64,000 nucleotides of DNA from Armatimonadota bacterium. GTDB taxonomy: Bacteria > Armatimonadota > SYMT01. Within the stretch, counting starts at the first letter, position 1, and each line of letters begins with the position of its first letter. The notes below the pieces were generated by a model. The model was not told the DNA's origin and did not search any database. It was given only the letters and a program-made list of their open reading frames with translations. Made by a program: the position numbers and the translations under genes. Of the stretch, positions 9,827 through 18,479 are shown piece after piece. Where the stretch lies: NCBI GenBank assembly GCA_041690135.1, contig JAWLHY010000007.1:32001-96000 (forward strand). Direction: 5' to 3'.

Positions 9827-10654
9827 TCAAGTCCGGAACCGCAGCGTCTTGAGGTCCTTCCGGAGGATCTCGTCCTCCCGAGCGAGAATGTCGTCCAGAT
9901 CGTCGCCTACCCCGAAGCAGCGTCCGGCCAGCCGGTCGAAGCGGCCGGAGCCCAGGGCCACGGCAAGGGCGGCAGCCCGGGTGGGAGGCACGTCCTTCCC
10001 TTCCTCGAACATTCGCTCGATGCGCGGCATCCAGTGGCGACCTTCCGGGCTCTCGAGTTGGTATTCCGTGAGGGTCGTGCGCACCAGCCCAGGACCCATC
10101 GCAAAGACCGCGATGGGGAGATCCTGTTCGCGTAACTCCTGGTGAAGGCACTCGGTGAGCCGCATGACGGCCGCTTTGCTGGAGGCATACCCACTGCCGT
10201 AGGCGAAGGGGTTGCCCGTGCCCCCGCCGATCAGGTTCACGATACGCCCTTGTTTTCGCGGCACCATACTCTGCAAGGCCCTGCGGCAGCAGAGGAATAC
10301 CCCGTTCACGTTGATGGTGACATCCCTCCACCACCGTTCTGCGTCGACTTCCCATACAGGACCGATCGCATAGAAGCTGGCGGCGTTGTTGACCAGCAGG
10401 TCGACCGGCCCCAGGGTCTCTTCAATCCGCTGGAAACCTGTTTCGACGGCATCCGCGTCAGCGACATCCACAGTTGTCGGCAGTGCGATTCCGCCCGCGA
10501 CACGGATCTCCTCGGCAACCCGCTCCAGTTCGTCGCTGGAGCGCGCGACGAGGGCCACATGAGCTCCGGCCTCGGCATACGCGAGGCTGATGGCGCGTCC
10601 AATCCCTCGCCCTGCTCCCGTGACTACAGCCGTTGTGCCTTCGAGTGCACCCAT
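9827..10654 (-). CDS. SDR family oxidoreductase
   Basis: VTGAGRGIG, LVNNA, YASSK (YxxxK), PGLVRT. Confidence 0.93.
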   Translation of the reverse strand: MGALEGTTAVVTGAGRGIGRAISLAYAEAGAHVALVARSSDELERVAEEIRVAGGIALPTTVDVADADAVETGFQRIEETLGPVDLLVNNAASFYAIGPVWEVDAERWWRDVTINVNGVFLCCRRALQSMVPRKQGRIVNLIGGGTGNPFAYGSGYASSKAAVMRLTECLHQELREQDLPIAVFAMGPGLVRTTLTEYQLESPEGRHWMPRIERMFEEGKDVPPTRAAALAVALGSGRFDRLAGRCFGVGDDLDDILAREDEILRKDLKTLRFRT

Positions 10655-10694
10655 TGGACCTCCACGAACGATCCCGCTACGCTAGATCTGAACC

Positions 10695-11204
10695 ATGACG
10701 GCACGCGCATACTTATCACTCCGCCATCGAAAGGTTCGGGGCGCACTCGCCGGGTGCCTGCTGCTGTTTGCGCTGAGCGGTTCGCCGTGGCTCGCCGGAA
10801 CCCTGCTCACCTGGCCGCACCCCCGCCGCGTCGGAACTCCTCCGCCGGATCTCTCCGCCAGGGTGGTCGAGATTCCCGCTGCTTCCGGAAGCATAGTCAA
10901 AGGCTGGGGGTGCCCGGGAAGGGCGGGTGGGGGAACTGTGTTGCTGCTTCATTCGCTGCACGCGGATCGTGCCGCAATGGTGGAGCGCGCCCCGGTTTTC
11001 ATCATCAATGGGACGAATGACCGGCACACTCCGCTGGAACGGGCGAGGGCGCTCTACGATCGTGCCGCACAGCCCAAGCAGTTCTGGGCGGTCGAAGGTG
11101 CCGTCCACGAAGACCTGCACGCCTTTGCCGGCCGGGAATATGAGGCCAGGGTTCTCGCTTTCCTATCTCGGCACCTGCGGGGCGCATCCACGAAGTCCCG
11201 CTAG
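10695..11204 (+). pseudogene. Alpha/beta hydrolase with in-frame central deletion
   Basis: N-terminal TVLLLH..HADR..M..RA joined directly to C-terminal PVFIING..DRHT...GAVHEDL; no GxSxG nucleophile region; only 169 aa. Confidence 0.7.
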
Positions 11205-11216
11205 CGACCGCCATAG

Positions 11217-11256
11217 AAAAGGGGCAGGATCGAAAGAGTTTCGACCCTGCCCCTTT
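11217..11256 (-). terminator. Intrinsic (possibly bidirectional) terminator after rplL
   Basis: aaaaggggcagg...cctgccccttt inverted repeat between convergent genes. Confidence 0.8.
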
Positions 11257-11278
11257 AGGTTCCGTCTGCGGACCTGGA

Positions 11279-11671
11279 TTAAGCAGGCTTGATCTCGACG
11301 GTGGCGCCGGCTTCTTCCAGCTTCTTCTTGAGGCTTTCGGCCTCTTCCTTCGCCACGCCTTCCTTCACCGGGCTCGGCGCGTTGTCGACCAGGTCCTTGG
11401 CTTCCTTCAGACCCAGCGTGGTGACCTCGCGGACGGCCTTGATCACCTGGATCTTCTGGGCGCCGGCGTTGGCCAGGATCACGTTGAACGAAGTGGGGGC
11501 CTCTTCGGCAGCCGCAGCAGCACCACCACCACCGGCGGCCGGAGCGGCGGCAACCGCCACCGGGGCGGCGCTGACGCCGAACTTGTCCTGAAGCTCCTTG
11601 ACGAGCTCAGCGAGATCCAGCACGGTCATCTCGCTGATCGCGTCGATGATTTCCTGTCGGCTAAGAGCCAT
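11279..11671 (-). CDS. rplL: 50S ribosomal protein L7/L12
   Basis: [38 protein letters not shown]. Confidence 0.99.
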   Translation of the reverse strand: MALSRQEIIDAISEMTVLDLAELVKELQDKFGVSAAPVAVAAAPAAGGGGAAAAAEEAPTSFNVILANAGAQKIQVIKAVREVTTLGLKEAKDLVDNAPSPVKEGVAKEEAESLKKKLEEAGATVEIKPA

Positions 11672-11719
11672 GGGTTTCTCTCCTCGGAATAAGTAACTAG
11701 AACAAACGATGGAAACGGA

Positions 11720-12286
11720 TTAAGCGGCCGACTCGCCGCCACCCTTCTGGTCGTGGATGGCCTGGACCGTGCGGACGAAGTTGCCCAGCACACCTTGCAG
11801 GCTGAACACGAGGCCGGCCAGCGGGCCCTGAATGGAGCCGACGACCTGCCCGATGAGCACGTCCTTCGGCGGCAGCTTGGAAAGCTCGGTCACGGCGTCG
11901 AGGTCGAAGACCTTTCCGTCGACGACACCGCCCTTCACGACGCCCTTGCGCTTCTCGCGGATGAAGTCGAGCAGCACCTTGGACGGCGCGACCGGATCTT
12001 CCAGGGCGAACGCAATCGCGGTGGGACCGGAAAGCATTTCGGAAGGATCGTCGCCGTATTCGCCGTAGGCCCGGCGGAACAGCGTGTTCTTGACCACGTG
12101 ATACTCGGCACCGGCCGCCCGGAGGCGCCGGGTGAGCTCCGCCTTCTCCGCTACGGTGAACCCCCGGTAGTCCGTGAGGATCACGCCGGAGGAGCGACCG
12201 AGTAGTTCCTGGATCTCGGCGACCTGCTCCACCTTTTCGGGTTTCGGCTCGCGGTAAGGAATGACTTTCTCAGAAATCGGAATCAC
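11720..12286 (-). CDS. rplJ: 50S ribosomal protein L10
   Basis: DYRGFTV, VVKNTL, GPTAIAF, LSKLPPK; GTG start with GAGGGGAG RBS. Confidence 0.98.
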   Translation of the reverse strand: MIPISEKVIPYREPKPEKVEQVAEIQELLGRSSGVILTDYRGFTVAEKAELTRRLRAAGAEYHVVKNTLFRRAYGEYGDDPSEMLSGPTAIAFALEDPVAPSKVLLDFIREKRKGVVKGGVVDGKVFDLDAVTELSKLPPKDVLIGQVVGSIQGPLAGLVFSLQGVLGNFVRTVQAIHDQKGGGESAA

Positions 12287-12327
12287 CTCCCCTCGGGTTA
12301 GGATGCGCGGCAGGCTGGCTGCCGCCC

Positions 12328-12485
12328 AAAAAGCAAAAATCCTCGCTGCCGCAGGCAGGCGAGGACGTGAAAACTGGGCCGGTTCGCGCGACTTCAGGTC
12401 GGCGCAGGGAGGCTCCGTCTCCGGTCTCTACCTCGGCAGGCTGGCATTTTCGGCCCGGTGGGCGCCTGCTGTCTACGGCGGTTCC
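12328..12485 (-). ncRNA. L10 leader (rplJ autoregulatory element) with attenuator
   Basis: Minus strand CCGTAGACAGCAGG...CCTGCCGAGG (12478-12431), the known L10-leader core, followed by hairpin cctcg...cgagg plus U tract (12365-12328). Confidence 0.85.
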
Positions 12486-12645
12486 GTGAGGATATTCGGC
12501 TGTCGGGCGTTATGGTAACGGATCGTGGTGAGTCCGTCAAGGGGCGTTGAAATGTTGGAGCGCCGTCGCAGCGGAGTGTGTCAGGTCCGCACCCGAGAAG
12601 GTGGCGGTACGGAGGCATACGGCGGATGGAAACCGCATCTGGCAA

Positions 12646-12696
12646 GGCGGCGGCCCACGGCGGCGGCCCACGGCGGCGGCCCACGGCGGCGGCCCC
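12646..12696. repeat. 13-bp tandem repeat (GGCGGCGGCCCAC) x ~4
   Basis: Three exact units plus one partial unit read directly. Confidence 0.9.
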
Positions 12697-12714
12697 GCCT
12701 GCCTTTCACGCAGC

Positions 12715-12750
12715 AAGAGGCCCTCGCAGGCAAACCTGCGAGGGCCTCTT
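12715..12750 (-). terminator. Terminator hairpin after peroxiredoxin gene
   Basis: Perfect 16-bp inverted repeat aagaggccctcgcagg-caaa-cctgcgagggcctctt. Confidence 0.75.
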
Positions 12751-12778
12751 GGGGTTCAGGCATTTTGGCCAGTGGTGG

Positions 12779-13372
12779 CTACGCGGACTGGGAGCCCAGG
12801 TACTCGGCCACGCCTTCGCTGGTCGGCTTCAGGCCGGGCTTGCCCTCGTTCCAGTTCGCCGGACAGACCTCTCCGTGCTCTTCGCAGAACTGGATGGCCC
12901 GGATCAGGCGCAGGATCTCGTCCACGTTCCGTCCCAGCGGGAGGTTGTTGATGATCTCCACCTGCACGATGCCTTCCCGGTCCATGATGAACGCACCGCG
13001 GAGCGCCATTCCACCGGAAAGCAGCACACCGTAGTCGGTGGCGATGGTCTTGTTGAAGTCGCTGACGATCGGGTAGGTCACTCCCTGGATGCCCCCCTCA
13101 TTGCGCGGAGTGCGCAGCCAGGCCAGGTGGGAGAACCAGCTATCGGTGGAAATGCCGATGACCTGGGTGTTGAGTGCCTCGAACTCGCCCAGCTTCTGCT
13201 GGAGCTGGATGAGCTCGGTAGGGCACACGAACGTGAAGTCCAGCGGGTAGAAAAAGAGCACGGTATACTTCTGACCGCGGAACTGCGAGAGGGTGAAGTT
13301 CTCCAGAGTTTGGTCACCCTGAACGGCGGTTGCATTGAAGTCCGGGGCCGGCTGGCCTACCAGTGACGCCAT
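12779..13372 (-). CDS. ahpC: 2-Cys peroxiredoxin (AhpC/Prx1)
   Basis: FFYPLDFTFVCPTE and GEVCPANW; true start MASLVGQ at 13372 with GAGGAG RBS. Confidence 0.95.
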   Translation of the reverse strand: MASLVGQPAPDFNATAVQGDQTLENFTLSQFRGQKYTVLFFYPLDFTFVCPTELIQLQQKLGEFEALNTQVIGISTDSWFSHLAWLRTPRNEGGIQGVTYPIVSDFNKTIATDYGVLLSGGMALRGAFIMDREGIVQVEIINNLPLGRNVDEILRLIRAIQFCEEHGEVCPANWNEGKPGLKPTSEGVAEYLGSQSA

Positions 13373-13448
13373 GATTTCTCCTCGTAGGTTCTCGGTTCGA
13401 TGGTCGGAGATGGGTTTGTGAATAACGCTCTTCCCGTAGATGGACGGC

Positions 13449-13898
13449 TCAGGTGTCGGCATCCTCGGATGAAGGGCGCGCGCACGAGCCGCAGAGGCCC
13501 GTGAACTGGATCGTGGCTCTCTCGAGCTGAAAGTCGTAAGCACCCAGGTCGATCTGCTCCAATGCCGCCACCTGGCCGGCGCCCACCCGCACATCCACGA
13601 TGCGATGACACAAGCGGCACACGGCGTGCTGGTGCGAGTCGGTGTTGAGATCGTAGCGACGGCGCAGCTCATCCACGATGACTTCCCGCACTTCGCCCAG
13701 ATCGGTCAGCAGTTGCAGGGTGTTGTAAACCGTGGCGAAAGAGAGTGTGGGGTGACGCCGGGACACCTCCTGATACACCTCCTCCGCGGAGGGGTGGCCC
13801 CCCTGCTGCATGAGGCACTCGAAGATGGCGATGCGCTGGGGAGTTAACTTGACACCGCGGTCGCGGCACTTGTCGATCAGAGCGGTGAGCGGTTGCAT
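13449..13898 (-). CDS. perR: Fur-family regulator, PerR-like
   Basis: KLTPQR, HPSAEEVY, SFATVYNTL, RYD...HQH.VCxxC..I.D, C-terminal CxxC; directly upstream of ahpC. Confidence 0.82.
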   Translation of the reverse strand: MQPLTALIDKCRDRGVKLTPQRIAIFECLMQQGGHPSAEEVYQEVSRRHPTLSFATVYNTLQLLTDLGEVREVIVDELRRRYDLNTDSHQHAVCRLCHRIVDVRVGAGQVAALEQIDLGAYDFQLERATIQFTGLCGSCARPSSEDADT

Positions 13899-13913
13899 GG
13901 AACGACTATCAAG

Positions 13914-13966
13914 TAATAATGGTTCTAATCTAGTATCGGTATACCCCGCGCAACGGAAACTGTCAA
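13914..13966 (-). promoter_or_regulatory. sigma70 promoter and Per-box-like operator for perR-ahpC
   Basis: Minus strand TTGACA-17bp-TATACC; downstream TTAGAACCATTATTA (13928-13914) matches 11/14 of Bacillus Per box TTATAATnATTATAA. Confidence 0.7.
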
Positions 13967-14060
13967 CGCCGGCGGGCCCTTCACAGGGAGTGGGGAATGG
14001 GGTATAATACGAGCCGGTACCCCGGTCGCGCCGGGCCATCGTTTGTAAGGAGAGAGCTCA

Positions 14061-14234
14061 ATGGCGAAGAACGTAGGAACGAGTAAGACGAACGTTGCCG
14101 CCCGCGCCGAGCAGAAGGCCCTGGCGAGCACCTGCAAAGTTTGTGGGAACAAGACGGAGATCGTGCTCCGCGTCCCCAGCGTGGGCAAGCGCCAGATCGC
14201 CCGCCTCTGCTGCGAGAAGGCCGGTAAGGGATAA
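14061..14234 (+). CDS. Small basic CxxC...CC protein (57 aa), absent from ORF track
   Basis: MAKNVGTSKTNVAARAEQKALASTCKVCGNKTEIVLRVPSVGKRQIARLCCEKAGKG; RBS AAGGAGAG, TATAAT at 14003-14008, terminator downstream, GC3-rich codons. Confidence 0.8.
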   Translation: MAKNVGTSKTNVAARAEQKALASTCKVCGNKTEIVLRVPSVGKRQIARLCCEKAGKG

Positions 14235-14264
14235 GCCCTATCGGTAGCTCAAGCAGTTTGGAAT

Positions 14265-14309
14265 GAAGAAGAGAGGGCCTGGTCATTTCGACTAGGCCCT
14301 CTCTTCTTC
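14265..14309 (+). terminator. Terminator hairpin after small ORF
   Basis: gaagaagagagggcct...aggccctctcttcttc inverted repeat. Confidence 0.75.
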
Positions 14310-14433
14310 TCTGGAGTAGCGTCTTCACGTGCCGGAGATAAGCAAAGCCCGACGGACCTGAATGGCCGCCGGGCTTCGTCTTCTTTCAACCCCCGGCTCG
14401 CGAGCGAGGGGCAACCTCAAGCCCCCGAGGGGA

Positions 14434-14496
14434 CTTCTACTTTCAACCTGGAACGTTCAACTTTCAACTTTCAACCTGGAGCCTTCCACCTTCAAC
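14434..14496. repeat. Degenerate heptamer tandem array (YTTCAAC) x9
   Basis: cttctac tttcaac ctggaac gttcaac tttcaac tttcaac ctggagc cttccac cttcaac, adjacent to the glnK stop. Confidence 0.85.
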
Positions 14497-14502
14497 CAGC
14501 CC

Positions 14503-14841
14503 CTACAGGGCTTCGTTCCCCCGGTCTCCGGTGCGGATCCGCACGGCGTCATCGAGCTTCCACATGAAGATCTTGCCGTCCCCGACCTCGCCCGTGAGGC
14601 AGGCGTTGCGGATCGTCTTCACCACATCCTCGACCATCGGATCGGGAACCACGACCTCCACCTTCACCTTGGGCAGCAGTCGCACCCGGTACTCCAGGCC
14701 GCGGTAGCGCTCCACATAGCCCGCCTGGCGTCCGGCGCCGCGTACTTCCGTCACGGTCATTCCGGTCAGGCCCATCTCCTCCAATTGGTGCTGGAGCTCT
14801 TCCAGCTTCTCGGGGCGGATGATCACTTCCATCTTGGTCAT
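14503..14841 (-). CDS. glnK: P-II nitrogen regulatory protein
   Basis: IIRPEKLE, GMTVTEVRG.GRQ, YRG.EY...LLPKVK, TGEVGDGKIF; linked to amtB. Confidence 0.93.
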   Translation of the reverse strand: MTKMEVIIRPEKLEELQHQLEEMGLTGMTVTEVRGAGRQAGYVERYRGLEYRVRLLPKVKVEVVVPDPMVEDVVKTIRNACLTGEVGDGKIFMWKLDDAVRIRTGDRGNEAL

Positions 14842-14907
14842 CGTTCGAATTCCTTTTCTTCCACGGGAGCCGGCCCAACTCGGACCGGCTCACACCGCGG
14901 AGCACAA

Positions 14908-16356
14908 CTACATGACGTATCCTTCTTCGCCGTGCTGGGTCAGGTCCAGGCCGGCTTCTTCGTCGGTGCTCTTGACCCGCAGGCCGATCGTCTTGTCTAC
15001 CACCAGCAGGATCAACCCGCCGATGATCGCTGCATAGATCCAGGTGGCAGCGACCCCCACGAACTGGGTCCACACCTGGCCCGCGTTACCGTAAAGGAGG
15101 CCATCCTTACCGAGGCTGTTGACGGAGGTAGTGCAGAACACGCCGGTCAGCAGGGCGCCGACCGTCCCGCCCACGCCATGCACGCCGAAGGTGTCCAGGC
15201 TATCGTCGTAGCCGAGCTTCGACTTGACCGAGACCACGGCGAAGTAGCAGACAACGCCGGTGATGGCGCCGATTGCCAGGGCTCCCATCGGGTTGACGAA
15301 GCCGGCGGCGGGGGTGATGCCTACCAAGCCGGCCACGGCGCCCGAGGCGGCTCCGAGCGCCGTCGGCTTGCCGCGCTGCGCCCATTCCACCAGCACCCAC
15401 GCCATCGTCGCCACGCCCGCCGCGATGTGGGTGTTCACAAAGGCGGTCACGGCCAGGCCGTTTGCTCCCAGCGAACTGCCGCCGTTAAATCCGTACCATC
15501 CGAACCAGAGGAGACCGGTGCCGAGGAGTGTCATCGTGAGGTTGTGCGGGCGCTGCTCCTCGCTCGGGTAACCCCGGCGCTTGCCGATCATGATACAGGC
15601 CACCAGGGCCGTGATGCCGGAGCTGATGTGGACCACCGTCCCCCCGGCAAAATCCAGGGCGCCCATGTCTAACAGCCAGCCGCCCTCGCCCCACACCCAG
15701 TGGGCGATCGGCACATAGACGAGGAGCGACCACACGGAGATGAAGACCAGGTAGGCGCTGAATTTCATCCGCTCGGCGAAGGCGCCGCTCATCAGCGCGG
15801 GGGTGATGATGGCGAACATCAACTGGAACACCATGAAGAGCTGGTGCGGGATGGTCGTTCCGTAGAAGTCATCCGGAGTTTCCGGGCTGACACCGGCGAG
15901 GCCGACGAAATCCATTCCGCCGATGAGAGCGTTGCCCTTCCCGAACGCGAGACTGTAGCCCACCACCACCCAGAGCACCGTGATAATACCCATCGCGATG
16001 AAACTCTGCATGAACGTACTTAGCACGTTCTTCTGCCGGACCATGCCGCCGTAGAAGAGTGCGAGGCCGGGGGTCATCAACAGCACCAGGGCGGAACTCA
16101 CCAGGACCCACACGGTATCCGCCGGGTTGGCTGCAGGCGCCGCGGGTTCTGCTTCTGCGGCTGCTTCTGCCGGTGCAGCCTCCGTGGTGGTTGGTGCGGC
16201 AGCCGGGGTGGATTCCGGGGCGGGGGCACTCTCGGTGGTGACCGCCGGAGCTGCGCCGGGCGCGGCGTCCTGCGCCAATGCGGGGAACGCGCCGAACGAC
16301 AGGAGGGTCAAAACGCAGCCGGCGAGGGTGAGGTGCCGGCGAAATGTGTGGAGCAT
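14908..16356 (-). CDS. amtB: Ammonium transporter with signal peptide and Pro/Ala-rich N-terminal linker
   Basis: LMTPGLALFYGG, FQLMFAIITPAL, DFAGGTVVH, LWFGWYGFNGGS, DDSLDTFGVHG; start MLHTF at 16356. Confidence 0.96.
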   Translation of the reverse strand: MLHTFRRHLTLAGCVLTLLSFGAFPALAQDAAPGAAPAVTTESAPAPESTPAAAPTTTEAAPAEAAAEAEPAAPAANPADTVWVLVSSALVLLMTPGLALFYGGMVRQKNVLSTFMQSFIAMGIITVLWVVVGYSLAFGKGNALIGGMDFVGLAGVSPETPDDFYGTTIPHQLFMVFQLMFAIITPALMSGAFAERMKFSAYLVFISVWSLLVYVPIAHWVWGEGGWLLDMGALDFAGGTVVHISSGITALVACIMIGKRRGYPSEEQRPHNLTMTLLGTGLLWFGWYGFNGGSSLGANGLAVTAFVNTHIAAGVATMAWVLVEWAQRGKPTALGAASGAVAGLVGITPAAGFVNPMGALAIGAITGVVCYFAVVSVKSKLGYDDSLDTFGVHGVGGTVGALLTGVFCTTSVNSLGKDGLLYGNAGQVWTQFVGVAATWIYAAIIGGLILLVVDKTIGLRVKSTDEEAGLDLTQHGEEGYVM

Positions 16357-16638
16357 TCTCCAAATCTCCGTCAGAGGTCGGGCGTCGCGGCCCGTCTGTG
16401 GGCGGCGAACGCGACTGCTTGAAACGAACCGGTCTCCGCGGGGCTGCCAGGTTGCCAACTACGGGCGGCGAGTGGGGCGTGCGGGGGCCGTGATGTCGAG
16501 CAGCCGGTGACGAACGGTCTCGCGCGTCATCGTCGACGGAGAGGGCACGTGGCTCGGGATGTAAACTGCCTTGCGGTGGAAGGGTTCCCGGAGCCCCAAC
16601 CGGACTGCCAACCTATGGTGAAAGGGTAGTCTGCGGAT

Positions 16639-16698
16639 GTTTCTCGCCAGTTTCTCGCATGTTTCCGGCATGTTTCGCGCCAGTGAACTTTGCGTAAC
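16639..16698. promoter_or_regulatory. Six pentamers in exact 11-bp phase (GlnR/OmpR-type operator array)
   Basis: Minus strand GTTAC-n6-TTCAC-n6-GAAAC-n6-GAAAC-n6-GAAAC-n6-GAAAC; plus-strand starts 16639, 16650, 16661, 16672, 16683, 16694. Confidence 0.65.
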
Positions 16699-16818
16699 GT
16701 GCACACCTTCACCCAGAAGTGGTTTCCGGAGGAGCCACCGTGAGGTGTGACGAAATAGCTGGCATAGGGGCAGTAAAGGCAAGGATGCCGACCCTTTCAC
16801 ACATGGAGAGTGCCAGTC

Positions 16819-18396
16819 ATGAGCGCAGCTACCGCTGCCCAGGTGCCCGATAAGCAGCTATCCGACGCACAAAGGAAGACGCTGTTCTGGGCATGTTTCC
16901 TCGCCCTCATCGCCACGGCGTTCGGCTTTATCGTGCGGGCGCTGTTGATCGATACCTGGGGCGTGCAGTTCGGCCTGAATGCAACGCAAAAGGGCGAAAT
17001 CTTCGGGGTCGGCCTCTGGCCGTTCGCTATCAGCATCATCCTGTTCAGCCTGGTGATCGACCGCATCGGCTACGGCACGGCGATGGTCTTTGCTTTCGTG
17101 TGCCACGTCACGTCGGCGATCATGACGATCACCGCCACCGGATACTGGTCGCTGTACTGGGCAACCTTCATCGTGGCACTGGCCAATGGTACGGTCGAAG
17201 CGGTGATCAACCCAGTGGTGGCCACGCTCTTTCCCAGAGAGAAAACGAAGTGGCTCAACATTCTCCACGCGGGTTGGCCGGGTGGACTGGTATTGGGTGG
17301 CGTGCTCGCGCTGCTGATGGGCGAGGGCGCCGACTGGCGAATGAAGGTGGGGCTGCTGCTGATTCCGACGGTGCTGTACGGGCTGATGATGCTGGGGAAG
17401 AAGTTTCCGGTCAACGAGCGCGTTGCAGCCGGCGTGTCCGACAAGGATATGCTGAAGGAGTTCGGCACTGTCGGCGCGTTGATCGTCAGCTTCATGATGG
17501 TGTCCGAAGTGGGCCGCGTCTTCGCGTGGTCCACCCCCGTGATTGCCGGAGCCATCATTGCCGCCACGGTCGCCTTCGGCGCCTACATCGGCTTTGCGCC
17601 CGGTCGGCCCCTCTTCATCGTGATGCTGCTCATCATGGTGCCGCTGGCGACCACGGAGCTCGGCACGGATAGCTGGATCACCTCCCTGATGGGCCCGGAG
17701 ATGGAGAAGCTCGGTCTCCAGGGCGGCTGGGTGCTCGTCTACACCTCGCTCATCATGATGATCCTGCGCTTCTGCGCCGGCCCCATCGTCCACAAGATCT
17801 CTCCGCTTGGCCTGCTGGCTGCCAGTTCTCTCGTGGCCATGTTCGGTCTCATCTTCCTTTCGAAGGCGACCGGAGTGACCATCCTCGTGGCGGCCACCCT
17901 CTACGGCTTTGGAAAGACCTTCTTCTGGCCGACGATGCTGGGTGTGGTGGCGGAGCAGTTCCCCAAGGGCGGCGCCCTGACCCTGAACGCGACCGGTGGG
18001 GTCGGGATGCTGGGGGTCGGCGTGGTCGGGGCGGTCTTCCTGGGCTATATTCAGGACACCTCGATCGACCGTCACCTCCAGACGCAAAACCCGGCCATTC
18101 ACCAACAGGTGACCACGGAGAAGCGTTGGGTCTTCGGCTCCTATCCGGCGGTGGACGCCGAGCAGGTGAAGACGCTGCCCGAAGGCGACCAGAAGGCGAT
18201 CGATGAGCTCTCCGGAACGGCGAAGAAGGACGCGCTGACGACAGTGGCCATCTTCCCGTTCATCATGTTGCTCTCGTACCTCGCTCTGCTGGGCTACTTC
18301 AAGACGCGCGGCGGCTACCAGGCGGAAGACCTGGCAGGACACGCGGCCCATGACGACGAGCCCAAGCGGGGAGTCGCCAGTCCTGCTGAGGCTTGA
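16819..18396 (+). CDS. MFS transporter
   Basis: Many TM helices, DRIGYG motif A remnant, NGTVEAVINP, TELGTDSW, FFWPTMLG. Confidence 0.9.
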   Translation: MSAATAAQVPDKQLSDAQRKTLFWACFLALIATAFGFIVRALLIDTWGVQFGLNATQKGEIFGVGLWPFAISIILFSLVIDRIGYGTAMVFAFVCHVTSAIMTITATGYWSLYWATFIVALANGTVEAVINPVVATLFPREKTKWLNILHAGWPGGLVLGGVLALLMGEGADWRMKVGLLLIPTVLYGLMMLGKKFPVNERVAAGVSDKDMLKEFGTVGALIVSFMMVSEVGRVFAWSTPVIAGAIIAATVAFGAYIGFAPGRPLFIVMLLIMVPLATTELGTDSWITSLMGPEMEKLGLQGGWVLVYTSLIMMILRFCAGPIVHKISPLGLLAASSLVAMFGLIFLSKATGVTILVAATLYGFGKTFFWPTMLGVVAEQFPKGGALTLNATGGVGMLGVGVVGAVFLGYIQDTSIDRHLQTQNPAIHQQVTTEKRWVFGSYPAVDAEQVKTLPEGDQKAIDELSGTAKKDALTTVAIFPFIMLLSYLALLGYFKTRGGYQAEDLAGHAAHDDEPKRGVASPAEA

Positions 18397-18425
18397 CCCT
18401 CGAGCTCCAGGACTTGACATGAGAA

Positions 18426-18462
18426 AAGAAAACCCCCGCTCAACTCGAGCGGGGGTTTTCTT
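18426..18462. terminator. Bidirectional terminator
   Basis: aagaaaacccccgctc...gagcgggggttttctt between convergent genes. Confidence 0.85.
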
Positions 18463-18479
18463 GTTAATCGGTTTCGAAG

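Noticed and set aside
13373-13672. Extended N-termini of ahpC (297 aa), perR (196 aa), amtB, htpX and csp in the ORF track
   Set aside because: Downstream starts fit family length and mostly have better RBS; the extensions overlap neighbouring genes or regulatory RNA
14362-15672. 436-aa plus-strand ORF
   Set aside because: Antisense to glnK/amtB and begins in translated heptamer repeats
16858-18420. Long antisense ORFs (also 18567-19811, 42264-43529, 49461-50963, 56968-58494, 58993-60660)
   Set aside because: Shadow frames of GC-rich genes on the opposite strand; no family motifs
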